This document shows positions 9,501-18,368 of a DNA stretch of 64,000 nt, piece after piece. The notes beneath the pieces were generated by a model. That model was given only the letters and a program-made list of their open reading frames with translations, was not told where the DNA came from and made no database searches. The stretch lies in the NCBI GenBank assembly GCA_019695095.1, contig JAIBAQ010000005.1:25144-89143 (forward strand), read 5' to 3'. Made by a program: the position numbers and the translations under genes. Each line of letters starts with the position of its first letter. Position 1 is the stretch's first letter. The stretch comes from Candidatus Hydrogenedentota bacterium. Lineage in GTDB: Bacteria > Hydrogenedentota > Hydrogenedentia > Hydrogenedentales > SLHB01.

Positions 9501-10433
9501 TTGAATAGTCAACTGACAATTAGCGCTACCAAAACGAATCGGGCCTTGCGAATGGCAAAGAGACTAAGCGTGGCTACAGTCATAATCTGCATGGCTGTCG
9601 CGGTCGTATATTCCGCCTCCAGACTCATCTCTATCGTAAGACACGATATGTTCCCGAATGTCAGTTCACCGGCATCGGCGGCGAACGCGGCGATCCATGT
9701 GCCCGAATTCAACAAGAAAGTCGCCGTCGGGCCGTGTATCGCGTATGGCGACGCCGTGTTGCCGTATTTGGAAGCAGAGTCGTCAAACTACACGCAGCTC
9801 TATCACGGTTCACATAGAAACGTCGCGCTCATCCTGAGCGGAATCGATTCCCCCAAATCACTTGCAGTTCTACGCGAGTTGTATTCGCGAGACCAATTAT
9901 GGGCGAAAGAAGCGGGAATGCTGGGACTTGTTCTATGTGGACAATTTAATGAACCCGTACACGAGGGGGCGTTTATCGTACAAGACATAGACGAAGTCAA
10001 AGCCACCGCTCTAGCATTGCTCGACCGTAAAGAAGCTGTCCCGTTCCTTATAAGCTCGCTCCAGTCCAGCAAGCGAGACTTCTGGGCCCACACCAAGATT
10101 ATGGAGGCACTTGGCGCGTTGGGCGACCAGACGTCGATTGAACCGTTACGCAACTACTTGCATGACAAGACTGTTTTCGCGTTGGACGGGGCGTTTCGGG
10201 CACTGATTATGCTTGGCGACCGAGATGCCATACCGATTACCATCAAACGTATTGAACCGGATATGGATGACTCTCAAGCCCTTGTAATTCCCTCGTTGGA
10301 ACTGGTCACGCGGCAGAACTTTGGCCGGGACAGGGAAGACTGGCAACGCTGGTGGCAGGGTGCTCAAACCTCCTTTCGAATCCCTCCAGAAGCCATAGAA
10401 ACGTTTCGGAAAGATGCTCTTCGTGTACCGTAG
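9501..10433 (+). CDS. HEAT/PBS-lyase-like repeat protein with N-terminal TM anchor
   Basis: TM segment VATVIICMAVAVVYSA followed by HEAT-like repeats (LISSLQSSKRDFWAHTKIMEALGALGDQTSIEPLRNYLHDKTVFALDGAFRALIMLGDRDAIP). Confidence 0.5.
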   Translation: MNSQLTISATKTNRALRMAKRLSVATVIICMAVAVVYSASRLISIVRHDMFPNVSSPASAANAAIHVPEFNKKVAVGPCIAYGDAVLPYLEAESSNYTQLYHGSHRNVALILSGIDSPKSLAVLRELYSRDQLWAKEAGMLGLVLCGQFNEPVHEGAFIVQDIDEVKATALALLDRKEAVPFLISSLQSSKRDFWAHTKIMEALGALGDQTSIEPLRNYLHDKTVFALDGAFRALIMLGDRDAIPITIKRIEPDMDDSQALVIPSLELVTRQNFGRDREDWQRWWQGAQTSFRIPPEAIETFRKDALRVP

Positions 10434-10485
10434 GGTCTCGGCAATTCCAGGTTACATGCCTTACGAGATGTCAAGTTGTTGTTTG

Positions 10486-10519
10486 GCGCCTTGGCGTCTT
10501 TGCGTTTCCTCTTGATTTG
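10486..10519 (+). repeat. Short repeat R3 copy 1 (ggcgccttggcgtctttgcgtttcctcttgatttg)
   Basis: Near-identical 34-bp match to 10781-10814 (one mismatch, g vs a). Confidence 0.8.
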
Positions 10520-10769
10520 CGTTTCTTCTTGAATTGATCTCAACTCAAGATAAGTCGCCAGGATACACCGGCTGTCCGCGTATGACCACTCATTCATTGT
10601 CTTCGTGCTGTTGCGGTGATAATCGAAGAGTCGTTACCACCAAGGCACGATGACACAAAGAAGATAACCCAAAAAGACTCAAGGGTACACAAGTCCACTC
10701 ACGCCTTGCAGACCAAGTATCAATCCTCAGTATCCATGTTGGATATGGATAGCGGCGACGTGCCTTACT

Positions 10770-10845
10770 TTGCGTCTTTGCGCCTTGGCGTCTTTGCGTT
10801 TCCTCTTAATTTGATTTCAACGCAAAGGCGCGAAGACGCCAGGAT
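10770..10845 (+). repeat. Short repeat R3 copy 2 embedded in an imperfect hairpin (ccttggcgtctttgcgtt ... aacgcaaaggcgcgaagacgccagg)
   Basis: Contains the 34-bp R3 unit plus an internal tandem tttgcgtctttgcg duplication and a downstream inverted-repeat arm. Confidence 0.7.
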
Positions 10846-11381
10846 GCTGCGTCAGTCCGCTTGCTACCACTCGCTCATCGCCTCCTTGTCCGGCCTGTCC
10901 CTTTCATTCGCCACGTCAGTGCAACGACTCTGCGCATATATGTGAGGTGCGTCACAAACAGAGTGGGGTTCTTACAATGTCGTTGCAGATACTTTCGCCA
11001 CTCCGCGTATGCTCGCGGCCAGGCTTCGGAGAGTCGGAAGTTCACCGGATGACCGGAATGACTCCCATAAAACGGCCAGGGACTCCCGGTTCCGGGAAAG
11101 GGGGGTGTCCCGTACGAATATGGACAGCCGTTCGCGGGTTTTCAAGAAACGCCATCCGCTCTAACTCATTTTTTCACAGGCGCTTACCCGACATCGTGCG
11201 CCGGTGCGCGCTCGGGGGGCCCCCCTTGCCCCGTCAAAACACATCGCGGGGCACCCCCCTTCCGAGAGTCCGGAGGCGTCGATTCTTCCGCGGACTACCG
11301 TCTCGCGGAAGACTCCTGTTGTCAATCTTGGCCGCAAGAGTACATGCTTAACGTGTGCACACCAATCGGAGGCCACCCAGC

Positions 11382-11642
11382 ATGAAGGTCACCCTTTCAG
11401 ACCTGCGTCGTAATCCCGGGAAGATCGTCGAGGCGATCAAGCGCGGCGAGACGGTCACGCTGTCCAAGCGCGGGAAGGAGATTGCATACATCATTCCAAA
11501 GCACTCGGCAAAGGCACCGATGTCGGCGTCGATCTCGGTCTCGTCATGTTCCGCTATTGGAATGTGGAAAGACCGTGAAGACATGAAAGATCCCTCGACC
11601 AGGACTACAGGGGATACAGGTCCCTATTCCTCAAGATCGTAG
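11382..11642 (+). CDS. Type II antitoxin, Phd/YefM (prevent-host-death) family; orphan, with no adjacent toxin gene
   Basis: MKVTLSDLRRNPGKIVEAIKRGETVTLSKRGKEIAYIIP matches the Phd/YefM N-terminal fold signature. GGAGG-like RBS (caatcggaggccacccagc ATG). The C-terminal GMWKDRED motif is the kind seen in antitoxins of VapC/PIN partners. Confidence 0.65.
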   Translation: MKVTLSDLRRNPGKIVEAIKRGETVTLSKRGKEIAYIIPKHSAKAPMSASISVSSCSAIGMWKDREDMKDPSTRTTGDTGPYSSRS

Positions 11643-11718
11643 AAAAGTTACGTATTGGGGGAGTAAGTTGTTGAACGGCTGCGTGTTGGCCATGGTTTAC
11701 GGATTTGCTTGGATGTGC

Positions 11719-11969
11719 TGAGCCACGACAGAGACCACGATTAACCTGCGCCGCGCTCGGCGAGCGCTGCGCTACTGAATCGCAGCCGAGGGCGGCTGCG
11801 CCACAAGGAGACCCGCCGTCAGCAAGCGCCGAGGGACTCCCGGCGTCGGCCCAAACGCAAAAAACTCTGCATGAGCCGACTTCCCGAAACGCGGTCCCAG
11901 TAGCGCCTCGCTCGCCGAGCGCGGCGCAAGGTATGCCGCAGACTCCAAGTAGTGTAGCTGCTGGCGGCC
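11719..11969 (+). repeat. Repeat family R1, long copy C (~250 bp)
   Basis: Collinear with copy A (3395-3646) over its full length, in the same orientation. It lies immediately downstream of the orphan antitoxin. Confidence 0.85.
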
Positions 11970-12104
11970 GCGAGAACAGTGGCGCTTATTTGGTTCGTTT
12001 ATCGGAGTTCATCGGTGTTCATCCGTGGTTGAATCTCTTCTGGTTGCGGCTGTGCCGCGCCAGGCTAAGGGAATTTCTTCCCAACGTAGATCGGAGCGAA
12101 TCCA

Positions 12105-13073
12105 ATGTCGGCTTCATTCGTGGTCTTCATGGCGCTTGCGGCGGGTCCCGTTCTTGGTGTCGATTCATCCCGCTTTACGCTCGATGAGCGGCCCGCGTTT
12201 CTGCTGGGTATTAGCTATTACGGGGCCTTGGCCATCGAGGACAAGGCGATTGTGGCGGGCGATCTCGACGAGATGAAGGCGCTCGGCTTTAATTGGGTGC
12301 GGGTATGGGTGACGTGGAATGCATTCGAAAACAACGTGAGCGCCGTCGCGCCGGATGGCTCGGTACGGCGGCCGTATATGGACCGCTTGCTGCGACTCTG
12401 CAAGCTTGCGGGTACGCGCGGCATGGTGGTCGACGTGACGGTGACGCGGGGCAAGGCTCCGGATTTTCCGAGCACCATGGCGGAACATGAAGCCGTGATG
12501 CAGACCTTGGCCCGCGAACTAAAACCGTATCGCAATGTCTATTTCGACGTGGGGAACGAGCGCAACGTGGGCGATGAGCGCCATGTGCCGATGAGCGAAG
12601 TGGGCCGTCTCGTCGAGTCGATCAAGCGCATCGATCCGGACCGGCTGTGTACCGCGTCGCAGGGCGGCGACATCAGCGACGAGGAATTCGGCAACTACCT
12701 TGAAACGGGCAAGGTGGATTTCGTCGCGCCGCATCGTGGGCGCTACGCGGGCAGCGCCGCGGAAACCGGCGAGACGACGCGGCACTATCTGGACTTGATG
12801 AAGGGCGGACGCATCGTGCCGGTGTTGTATCAGGAGCCGTTCCGGCGCGGGTATGCGGATTGGGAACCGAAGGCGGACGACTTCAGAACGGACCTCGAAC
12901 AGTCGAAGGCATCGGGAGCCGCAGGCTGGTGCTTTCACAACGGGTCGGTACGCAGCGGGAAAGGCGACGAACGCCCGCGACGGTCTTTCGACTTGCGACC
13001 GGAGGAAGGCAGATTGTTCGACCAATTCGACGCGGAAGAACGCGCGTTCCTTGACTCGCTCAAGAAACGCTGA
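12105..13073 (+). CDS. Secreted GH5-like (clan GH-A) glycoside hydrolase
   Basis: Signal peptide MSASFVVFMALAAGPVLG. GFNWVRVWVTW and YFDVGNERN (catalytic-acid NE motif of GH5-type TIM barrels). Confidence 0.6.
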   Translation: MSASFVVFMALAAGPVLGVDSSRFTLDERPAFLLGISYYGALAIEDKAIVAGDLDEMKALGFNWVRVWVTWNAFENNVSAVAPDGSVRRPYMDRLLRLCKLAGTRGMVVDVTVTRGKAPDFPSTMAEHEAVMQTLARELKPYRNVYFDVGNERNVGDERHVPMSEVGRLVESIKRIDPDRLCTASQGGDISDEEFGNYLETGKVDFVAPHRGRYAGSAAETGETTRHYLDLMKGGRIVPVLYQEPFRRGYADWEPKADDFRTDLEQSKASGAAGWCFHNGSVRSGKGDERPRRSFDLRPEEGRLFDQFDAEERAFLDSLKKR

Positions 13074-13077
13074 GTCC

Positions 13078-13095
13078 CCGCGGCGTCGGCCGCGG
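13078..13095. terminator. Candidate bidirectional hairpin between convergent genes (ccgcggc gtcg gccgcgg)
   Basis: Perfect 7-bp GC stem with a 4-nt loop, lying between the stop codons at 13071-13073 (+ gene) and 13101-13103 (- gene). Confidence 0.4.
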
Positions 13096-13100
13096 AGTCT

Positions 13101-15476
13101 TCACTGCGCGAAGTCCGAGGAATCCACCAGTTTCCACGTGGCGCCGCTGTCCGGCGACATCATCAGGGCGCGCCTCGAACCCATGTGGTCGTTGCGGTAG
13201 AACCACAACGTGGACCAGTAATCGTAGGACAGGAAGAGGCGTCCTTTCCGGTCGATGGTCAGACGGTGGTAGTACACGCTGTACTCGGAGAACGGCGGCA
13301 CGACAAGCAGCCGCGGCGCGGACCACGCTTCTCCCTTTCGCTTGCTCATGTACGCGAGGCATGCATAGATGCCCGAGGGGAATCGCTGCGTATCGTCCTG
13401 CCAAAGACGAAACACCACGTGGAGCGTGTCGTCCTTGTCGCAGACCATGCCCACGTAGGTTTGGCGCAGGCCCGCTCCCAAGTCTTCCGCGGGCGTCCAA
13501 CCGTCTGCGGTGCTGTTGGGTTTCAGCGAGCGCGAGTACTTGAACGTGGCCCCGTGCGTGCCAATGAGCACGTGGAGATATCCTTCGCTGTCCATCGTGA
13601 TGCACGGCGTGTTGTGAACGTCGTTCGCGGGAGGCCCGTAGCCGATCAGCGCGGGCGCGCCCAGCGTTCCCGTCTCACGGTCGTAGGTGGCCGCATAGGT
13701 TGGGACGCCGGGCACCTGTTCCGCCGGGTCCGTGGCTTCGGCCCACACGACGTGAACCTTGGAACCGCGCGACACGATGGTTGAAGGCATGCCGGAGTGT
13801 CCCGAGTAGCCGATGCATTTCTTCGTGATCAAGACAGGCTCTTGCAGGGAGACCGTTCCGTCTGCTTCCTTCTTGGGAAGATAGAGAAGCATATCGTTCA
13901 ATCGACGCCAAATGAGATTAGGGTCTTTCTCCGTCAGATTGAATTGCACAAAAGGCGGTGGCCCATCGGGAAGGTTGTGTCCGGAGAACTGCTCGATGTC
14001 GCACGTCCCGGGCGCGGGGATCGCGGTGGCGGCGAAATGGTTCCCGCCATCGCCCGAATAAAGGAGCACCTTCCCATTTGCGTCGCCGATTGAGTAGATG
14101 CCGTTATCGCGATCGAACGCGACCTTGGTGGTCGCCGAACGTATTGGCGCGCTCCCCGGCGCGGTGTAAGAGGCAGTCGGCCATTTGCCATCGTTCAAGA
14201 CTGACAGGCCATCGCCGTTATTCACAACCGGCCGATTGTTCATATCGAAGTAGACCTGATTGGTCAACGGGCACGACGGGGCGTAGCCGAGTTGTTCGTT
14301 TTCGTGTTGGAAAGGCTTCAAATCGAGCGGCATCGAAAGCGGCGCCAAAGCGGGCGCGATGCCTCGGCGCAGTCGGAAGGTCGAGAAGGTTGCGAGTTCT
14401 GGCGCGTCATTCGGAATTGCGCGCACTTTGCACTCCCACTGATCGCCTTCAGCCGGCAATTGATATCTAAGCGTGACCTCCGTGGATTGATTGGGTCCGA
14501 GCGTTACCTCGGACTTGTCCAGTTCCGCGGACCACTTCTTGTCCTCAGGGAACTCGATATCCAAAGTAACGGCGGTGCTTCTGGAATCGTTGTTATGAAC
14601 CTGGAACGTGCTCGTGCCGTCTTCCTGAGTGCCCGCATAGATTGTGTTCGAGTACGGAGTCAGCATCCAACGCACGGCGGCGAACCCAAACCATGAGTCC
14701 TTCTGCGGCGACCACAGCGTCTCGTCGCGAAACGAATCCTTCTGCGACCAGCGTGTCACGCCATCAATTTGGACGCTCCCGGAATACTTGGGCAGATGCA
14801 ACCGCCACGGCTCCATCGCAGATACCGTATCGGCGCGAAACTTCGCGGAACCGGTACCGTCGGAGCCGATGGGCAACTCTCCCACTTTCTCATCGAGCGC
14901 GTTGAACAGTTCCAGGGGGCCGGACTCCGATGACGCTTCGGCGACGTCGATGGTGAACTCGCCCGCGCGCGGCACGAAACACACGTCGCCAGCGACATCC
15001 GGATTTCGAAGCACGATTGGCTCTTCGTGATCGGCGTCGCGGTGGCCGCGCGCAGTCTCAATCACGTAATGCGTGCAATTGGTGCGGAACCCCCACTCCA
15101 CGTTCTCGCCGTACCGGTCATTCGAGACCGTGACGAGTACGCCGTAGATGCCCACACCGCGAACGGTAGTCGCGACACGAGCGTGTTGGACGGGACCCGT
15201 CCCGCTGCCCTTGGCTTGGCCGTCGTCAGGAATAGTCTTTTCGTCAAGCACTTGCCTGTCGGGACCGAAGAGAATAAGTGTCATGAAAGTTGGTTTGTCG
15301 GAACGATTCAGGTCGGCCTTCTCGACTTCGACCCAGAGTTCACCCGTATCAGGCAACAGAAAGATTCCGCCAATTCCACCCCAGCGGTGGTCCGTGGTCC
15401 AGGCCGAGTTCTCCGCCGCAATTGCGGCAGCCGCGAAGAACAGGAAGACAACCCCGAGATGTGTGATGCGTGTCAT
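13101..15476 (-). CDS. Secreted BNR/Asp-box repeat protein (sialidase/glycosidase-like beta-propeller)
   Basis: Start refined to MTRITHLGVVFLFFAAAAIAAE (signal peptide) with a GGGGAGAG RBS. Asp-box motifs SPDSGATW and SGDGGNHF. Confidence 0.55.
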   Translation of the reverse strand: MTRITHLGVVFLFFAAAAIAAENSAWTTDHRWGGIGGIFLLPDTGELWVEVEKADLNRSDKPTFMTLILFGPDRQVLDEKTIPDDGQAKGSGTGPVQHARVATTVRGVGIYGVLVTVSNDRYGENVEWGFRTNCTHYVIETARGHRDADHEEPIVLRNPDVAGDVCFVPRAGEFTIDVAEASSESGPLELFNALDEKVGELPIGSDGTGSAKFRADTVSAMEPWRLHLPKYSGSVQIDGVTRWSQKDSFRDETLWSPQKDSWFGFAAVRWMLTPYSNTIYAGTQEDGTSTFQVHNNDSRSTAVTLDIEFPEDKKWSAELDKSEVTLGPNQSTEVTLRYQLPAEGDQWECKVRAIPNDAPELATFSTFRLRRGIAPALAPLSMPLDLKPFQHENEQLGYAPSCPLTNQVYFDMNNRPVVNNGDGLSVLNDGKWPTASYTAPGSAPIRSATTKVAFDRDNGIYSIGDANGKVLLYSGDGGNHFAATAIPAPGTCDIEQFSGHNLPDGPPPFVQFNLTEKDPNLIWRRLNDMLLYLPKKEADGTVSLQEPVLITKKCIGYSGHSGMPSTIVSRGSKVHVVWAEATDPAEQVPGVPTYAATYDRETGTLGAPALIGYGPPANDVHNTPCITMDSEGYLHVLIGTHGATFKYSRSLKPNSTADGWTPAEDLGAGLRQTYVGMVCDKDDTLHVVFRLWQDDTQRFPSGIYACLAYMSKRKGEAWSAPRLLVVPPFSEYSVYYHRLTIDRKGRLFLSYDYWSTLWFYRNDHMGSRRALMMSPDSGATWKLVDSSDFAQ

Positions 15477-15645
15477 GGCATTCTCTCCCCGCTTTTCCAA
15501 GTGTATCTGCGAGCATTAAGCCCTTTCCGGATACGGGAAGCAAATGCCTCAAATCAGCGGATGCATGACGCGATTTTCGTGAACCTGGGGTATACTCTCT
15601 CCGCACAAGCGCAGCAACCGGACTCATCGCGGAGTGAAACCTATT

Positions 15646-17025
15646 ATGAGCAACCAAGAAGAAAGACCAGGGTGCTTCCGTCGTCTCATCAAGTGGACCG
15701 TACGCCTGGCCGTGTTTTTGATCGTTTTGGGCGCAGTGGTTTTCGGATTCGTTTTCCGGGAACCGATCTACAATCGATTCTACTATTTCCCGAAGGTTGC
15801 GGCCGCGTGGGAAGCGATTCGCGCGCAGTATGAACCCGTCAAGTTGGACGATGGGTGGACCGAATTCCGCGGTGTCTGCCACAGCCACTCCGAGTTGTCT
15901 CACGATTCCCAAGTGACATTCCCGGACATCATCAAAGCGGCGCACACCGCCGATATCAGCTTTATTTGCATGTCGGATCATTGCGTCGAAGGCAAGGCCG
16001 ATTACAGCCTGGGATTGAAGGGCATTCACGACGGGGTTCTATTTGTTCGCGGGTTCGAGATGCCCTACGGCTTCATGCCGTGGGGATTGCCGGACGATAC
16101 CGTCCTGGACTGCGGAGCCAGCGAGGAATCGCTGGTGAAGACCATCGAGGAACGCGGCGGATTGCTCTTCATTGCGCATTCGGAGGAAGATCGGCACTGG
16201 GAGTTGCCGCAGATCGCGGGCATGGAAATCTACAACATCCACACCAATCTCAAGGAAAACAATGCCAGCGTTGCAGATTTGCTACCGGACGTCGCGTTTT
16301 CGCTGAGGAAGTATCCGGACCATGTCATGCGAACCATATTTCGCCGGCAGACGGACATTCTCAAGCACTGGGACGAGTTGAACCGCGATCGAAAGATGGT
16401 CGGGATCTGCGCGGGAGACGCGCACCAGAACAATGGCGTGTACGGCGTTTACACCAACGACGAGAACCTGCAGATCTTTGAGGGCAGCGGCGAAGAAATG
16501 GAAACCGTCAAGCTCAACGGCGCGACGCGGGGGCTGTTGCGCCTGTTCTGCGGCCCGCTTGAGCAGGGCAAGGAGGTCTTTCGCCTGCAGCTTGACCCGT
16601 ATGAGCGCAGTCTGCGTTTTGTAAATAACCACGTGCTGGCCACGGACTTGAGCGAAGCGGCCATATTGGACGCGCTGCGAAAGGGACGCGTCTTCGTTGG
16701 GTTCGACATGATTGCCGATGCGCGGGGCTTCACATACTATGCGGAGTCGGGTCCGGTGAAAGCTGTCATGGGCGAAGAAGTGCCTATGGCCGACGGGATC
16801 GTGCTGCACGCTGCCTCCCCGTATCCGGTCCGGTTCACGCTGGTTCACGACGGCAATCCAATCGAGACGCAAGAAGGACGGACTTTCCAGTATCCGGTGA
16901 AGGAGCCGGGGAAATATCGGATTGAGGCGGAATTTGAGATTGCCGGAGAGTGGACGCCTTGGGTGTATACCAACCCCATTGAGGTGAAGCCGTCGTCCGT
17001 GGCCGTTGCGTCTGCCACGCCGTAG
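15646..17025 (+). CDS. Membrane-anchored PHP-domain metallophosphoesterase-like protein
   Basis: N-terminal TM (LAVFLIVLGAVVFGFVF). CHSHSELSHD...ISFICMSDHC His/Asp motifs typical of the PHP domain. Confidence 0.5.
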   Translation: MSNQEERPGCFRRLIKWTVRLAVFLIVLGAVVFGFVFREPIYNRFYYFPKVAAAWEAIRAQYEPVKLDDGWTEFRGVCHSHSELSHDSQVTFPDIIKAAHTADISFICMSDHCVEGKADYSLGLKGIHDGVLFVRGFEMPYGFMPWGLPDDTVLDCGASEESLVKTIEERGGLLFIAHSEEDRHWELPQIAGMEIYNIHTNLKENNASVADLLPDVAFSLRKYPDHVMRTIFRRQTDILKHWDELNRDRKMVGICAGDAHQNNGVYGVYTNDENLQIFEGSGEEMETVKLNGATRGLLRLFCGPLEQGKEVFRLQLDPYERSLRFVNNHVLATDLSEAAILDALRKGRVFVGFDMIADARGFTYYAESGPVKAVMGEEVPMADGIVLHAASPYPVRFTLVHDGNPIETQEGRTFQYPVKEPGKYRIEAEFEIAGEWTPWVYTNPIEVKPSSVAVASATP

Positions 17026-17111
17026 CAAAGCAATTCAGAGAGCGCAGACTCGATAAACAGGACGCCCCGGCGACAAACCGGGGCGTCCTTTAGTTGCGTA
17101 CTATTTGGCGC

Positions 17112-18245
17112 TTACTTGCCCATATTCTTGAACAAGTACATACCTTCTTTTCCTGGGGCAAGGATATCTTTCCAGCCATTGCCGTCGATATCTTCCACCC
17201 AGCAGAAGATGCCGACGCCGCTGTGCTGATCGGCAGGGCCATAGTCGACGGTGTTGCGCGTGAACTTGCCGCCGTCGACGGTGAAGTAATAGACACCCAC
17301 CGGATCGAGAGAGCCGGGATCGTGCTCCTGATGAGCGCGGTAGCGCTTACCGGTTACGACATCGTCAACGCCGTCGTTGTTCACGTCCACGAGCATCATG
17401 TCGTGGTACTGCGAACGCTCAGTGTCGATATCGTGCTTCTCCCACGTACCATCGGCCTTTTGCTCGTACCAATGCAGACCGTAATCGTGCCCCTGACCTA
17501 CGATGATGTCATTCTTGCCGTCTTTGTTGACGTCATAAGTCAGGATCGGGCAACTGGCGCCGCCCAGATTGAACGTATCGCGGTGCTCGATCCATGTGCC
17601 CGTGTAGGTGTCAGCCGGGGCTTCGAGCCAGCCCCAGGGCAATACGATATCGACGTGCTTGTCGCCGTTGATATCGCCGAACCCCATGCCGTGTCCGGCG
17701 CTGTTCTCGTAGATCTTTGTCTCTTTGAATTGGCCGGTGCCTTTGCCTTGGGAGTCGCGCACCAGTTTGAAGATGGAGATGTACTTCGTGCCCGGCAGAT
17801 TGGGAATGACTTCGACGTCGCCATCTCCGTCGATGTCGTAGAACATGGGCCGCTCGATGTTGCCGCACTTGGCAATCTCATGGGTCGTCCATTCGACTGG
17901 CTGGCCTTTGGGATTCTCGCGCCAGGACAGCGTTTCACCGAACCAGCCGCCCGTCACGATATCGACGTATCCGTCCCCATTGACATCCATGGGGTAATCG
18001 CTGAAATCGTCGTAATAATCCAATTCCCGGCGAATGGTGCAGATCTTGTGAGACGCGGTGAAATCCGGTCCCTCGAACCAGTATTCGCCGGACACGATGT
18101 CCTTCTTACCGTCGTTGTTGATATCGGCGATGCAGCAGGCTTCGTAGGTGACGTCGCCAATACGTTGACGTTCAAACTTGAGCGGTGAATCGTCGGATGC
18201 AGCGGTGATCGCGCCGACCGACAGAACCAATGCAAGATGCAACAT
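17112..18245 (-). CDS. Secreted FG-GAP / VCBS repeat protein (integrin-alpha-like beta-propeller)
   Basis: Start refined to MLHLALVLSVGAITAASDD with a GGGAGAG RBS. Six-plus DxNxDGxxDIV Ca-binding repeats (DINNDGKKDIV, DVNGDGYVDIV, DIDGDGDVEVI, DINGDKHVDIV, DVNKDGKNDII, DVNNDGVDDVV, DIDGNGWKDIL). Confidence 0.65.
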   Translation of the reverse strand: MLHLALVLSVGAITAASDDSPLKFERQRIGDVTYEACCIADINNDGKKDIVSGEYWFEGPDFTASHKICTIRRELDYYDDFSDYPMDVNGDGYVDIVTGGWFGETLSWRENPKGQPVEWTTHEIAKCGNIERPMFYDIDGDGDVEVIPNLPGTKYISIFKLVRDSQGKGTGQFKETKIYENSAGHGMGFGDINGDKHVDIVLPWGWLEAPADTYTGTWIEHRDTFNLGGASCPILTYDVNKDGKNDIIVGQGHDYGLHWYEQKADGTWEKHDIDTERSQYHDMMLVDVNNDGVDDVVTGKRYRAHQEHDPGSLDPVGVYYFTVDGGKFTRNTVDYGPADQHSGVGIFCWVEDIDGNGWKDILAPGKEGMYLFKNMGK

Positions 18246-18368
18246 GGATTCTCTCCCCTTGTGCCGTTTCGTGGACTCGAGCCGTGATGATACCAGACTG
18301 ACACTCTGGAGGAAACGCGCCAATCCTGTTAGTATTAAGATTGGATGGTTGCAAGGAGAGGTTTCGGC

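Noticed and set aside
10947-11351. 134-aa Arg-rich ORF and overlapping 11161-11376 (-)
   Set aside because: They are extremely Arg/Pro/Gly-rich and overlap homopolymer palindromes. There is no RBS and no domain, so they are likely non-coding GC-rich filler.
16282-17028. 248-aa minus-strand ORF, and ORF 15349-16029 (-)
   Set aside because: Both are antisense to the PHP-domain gene and the BNR gene end. They are Arg-rich shadow frames.
17094-18188. 364-aa plus-strand ORF
   Set aside because: It is antisense to the FG-GAP repeat gene, whose DxDxDG repeats are unmistakable on the minus strand.
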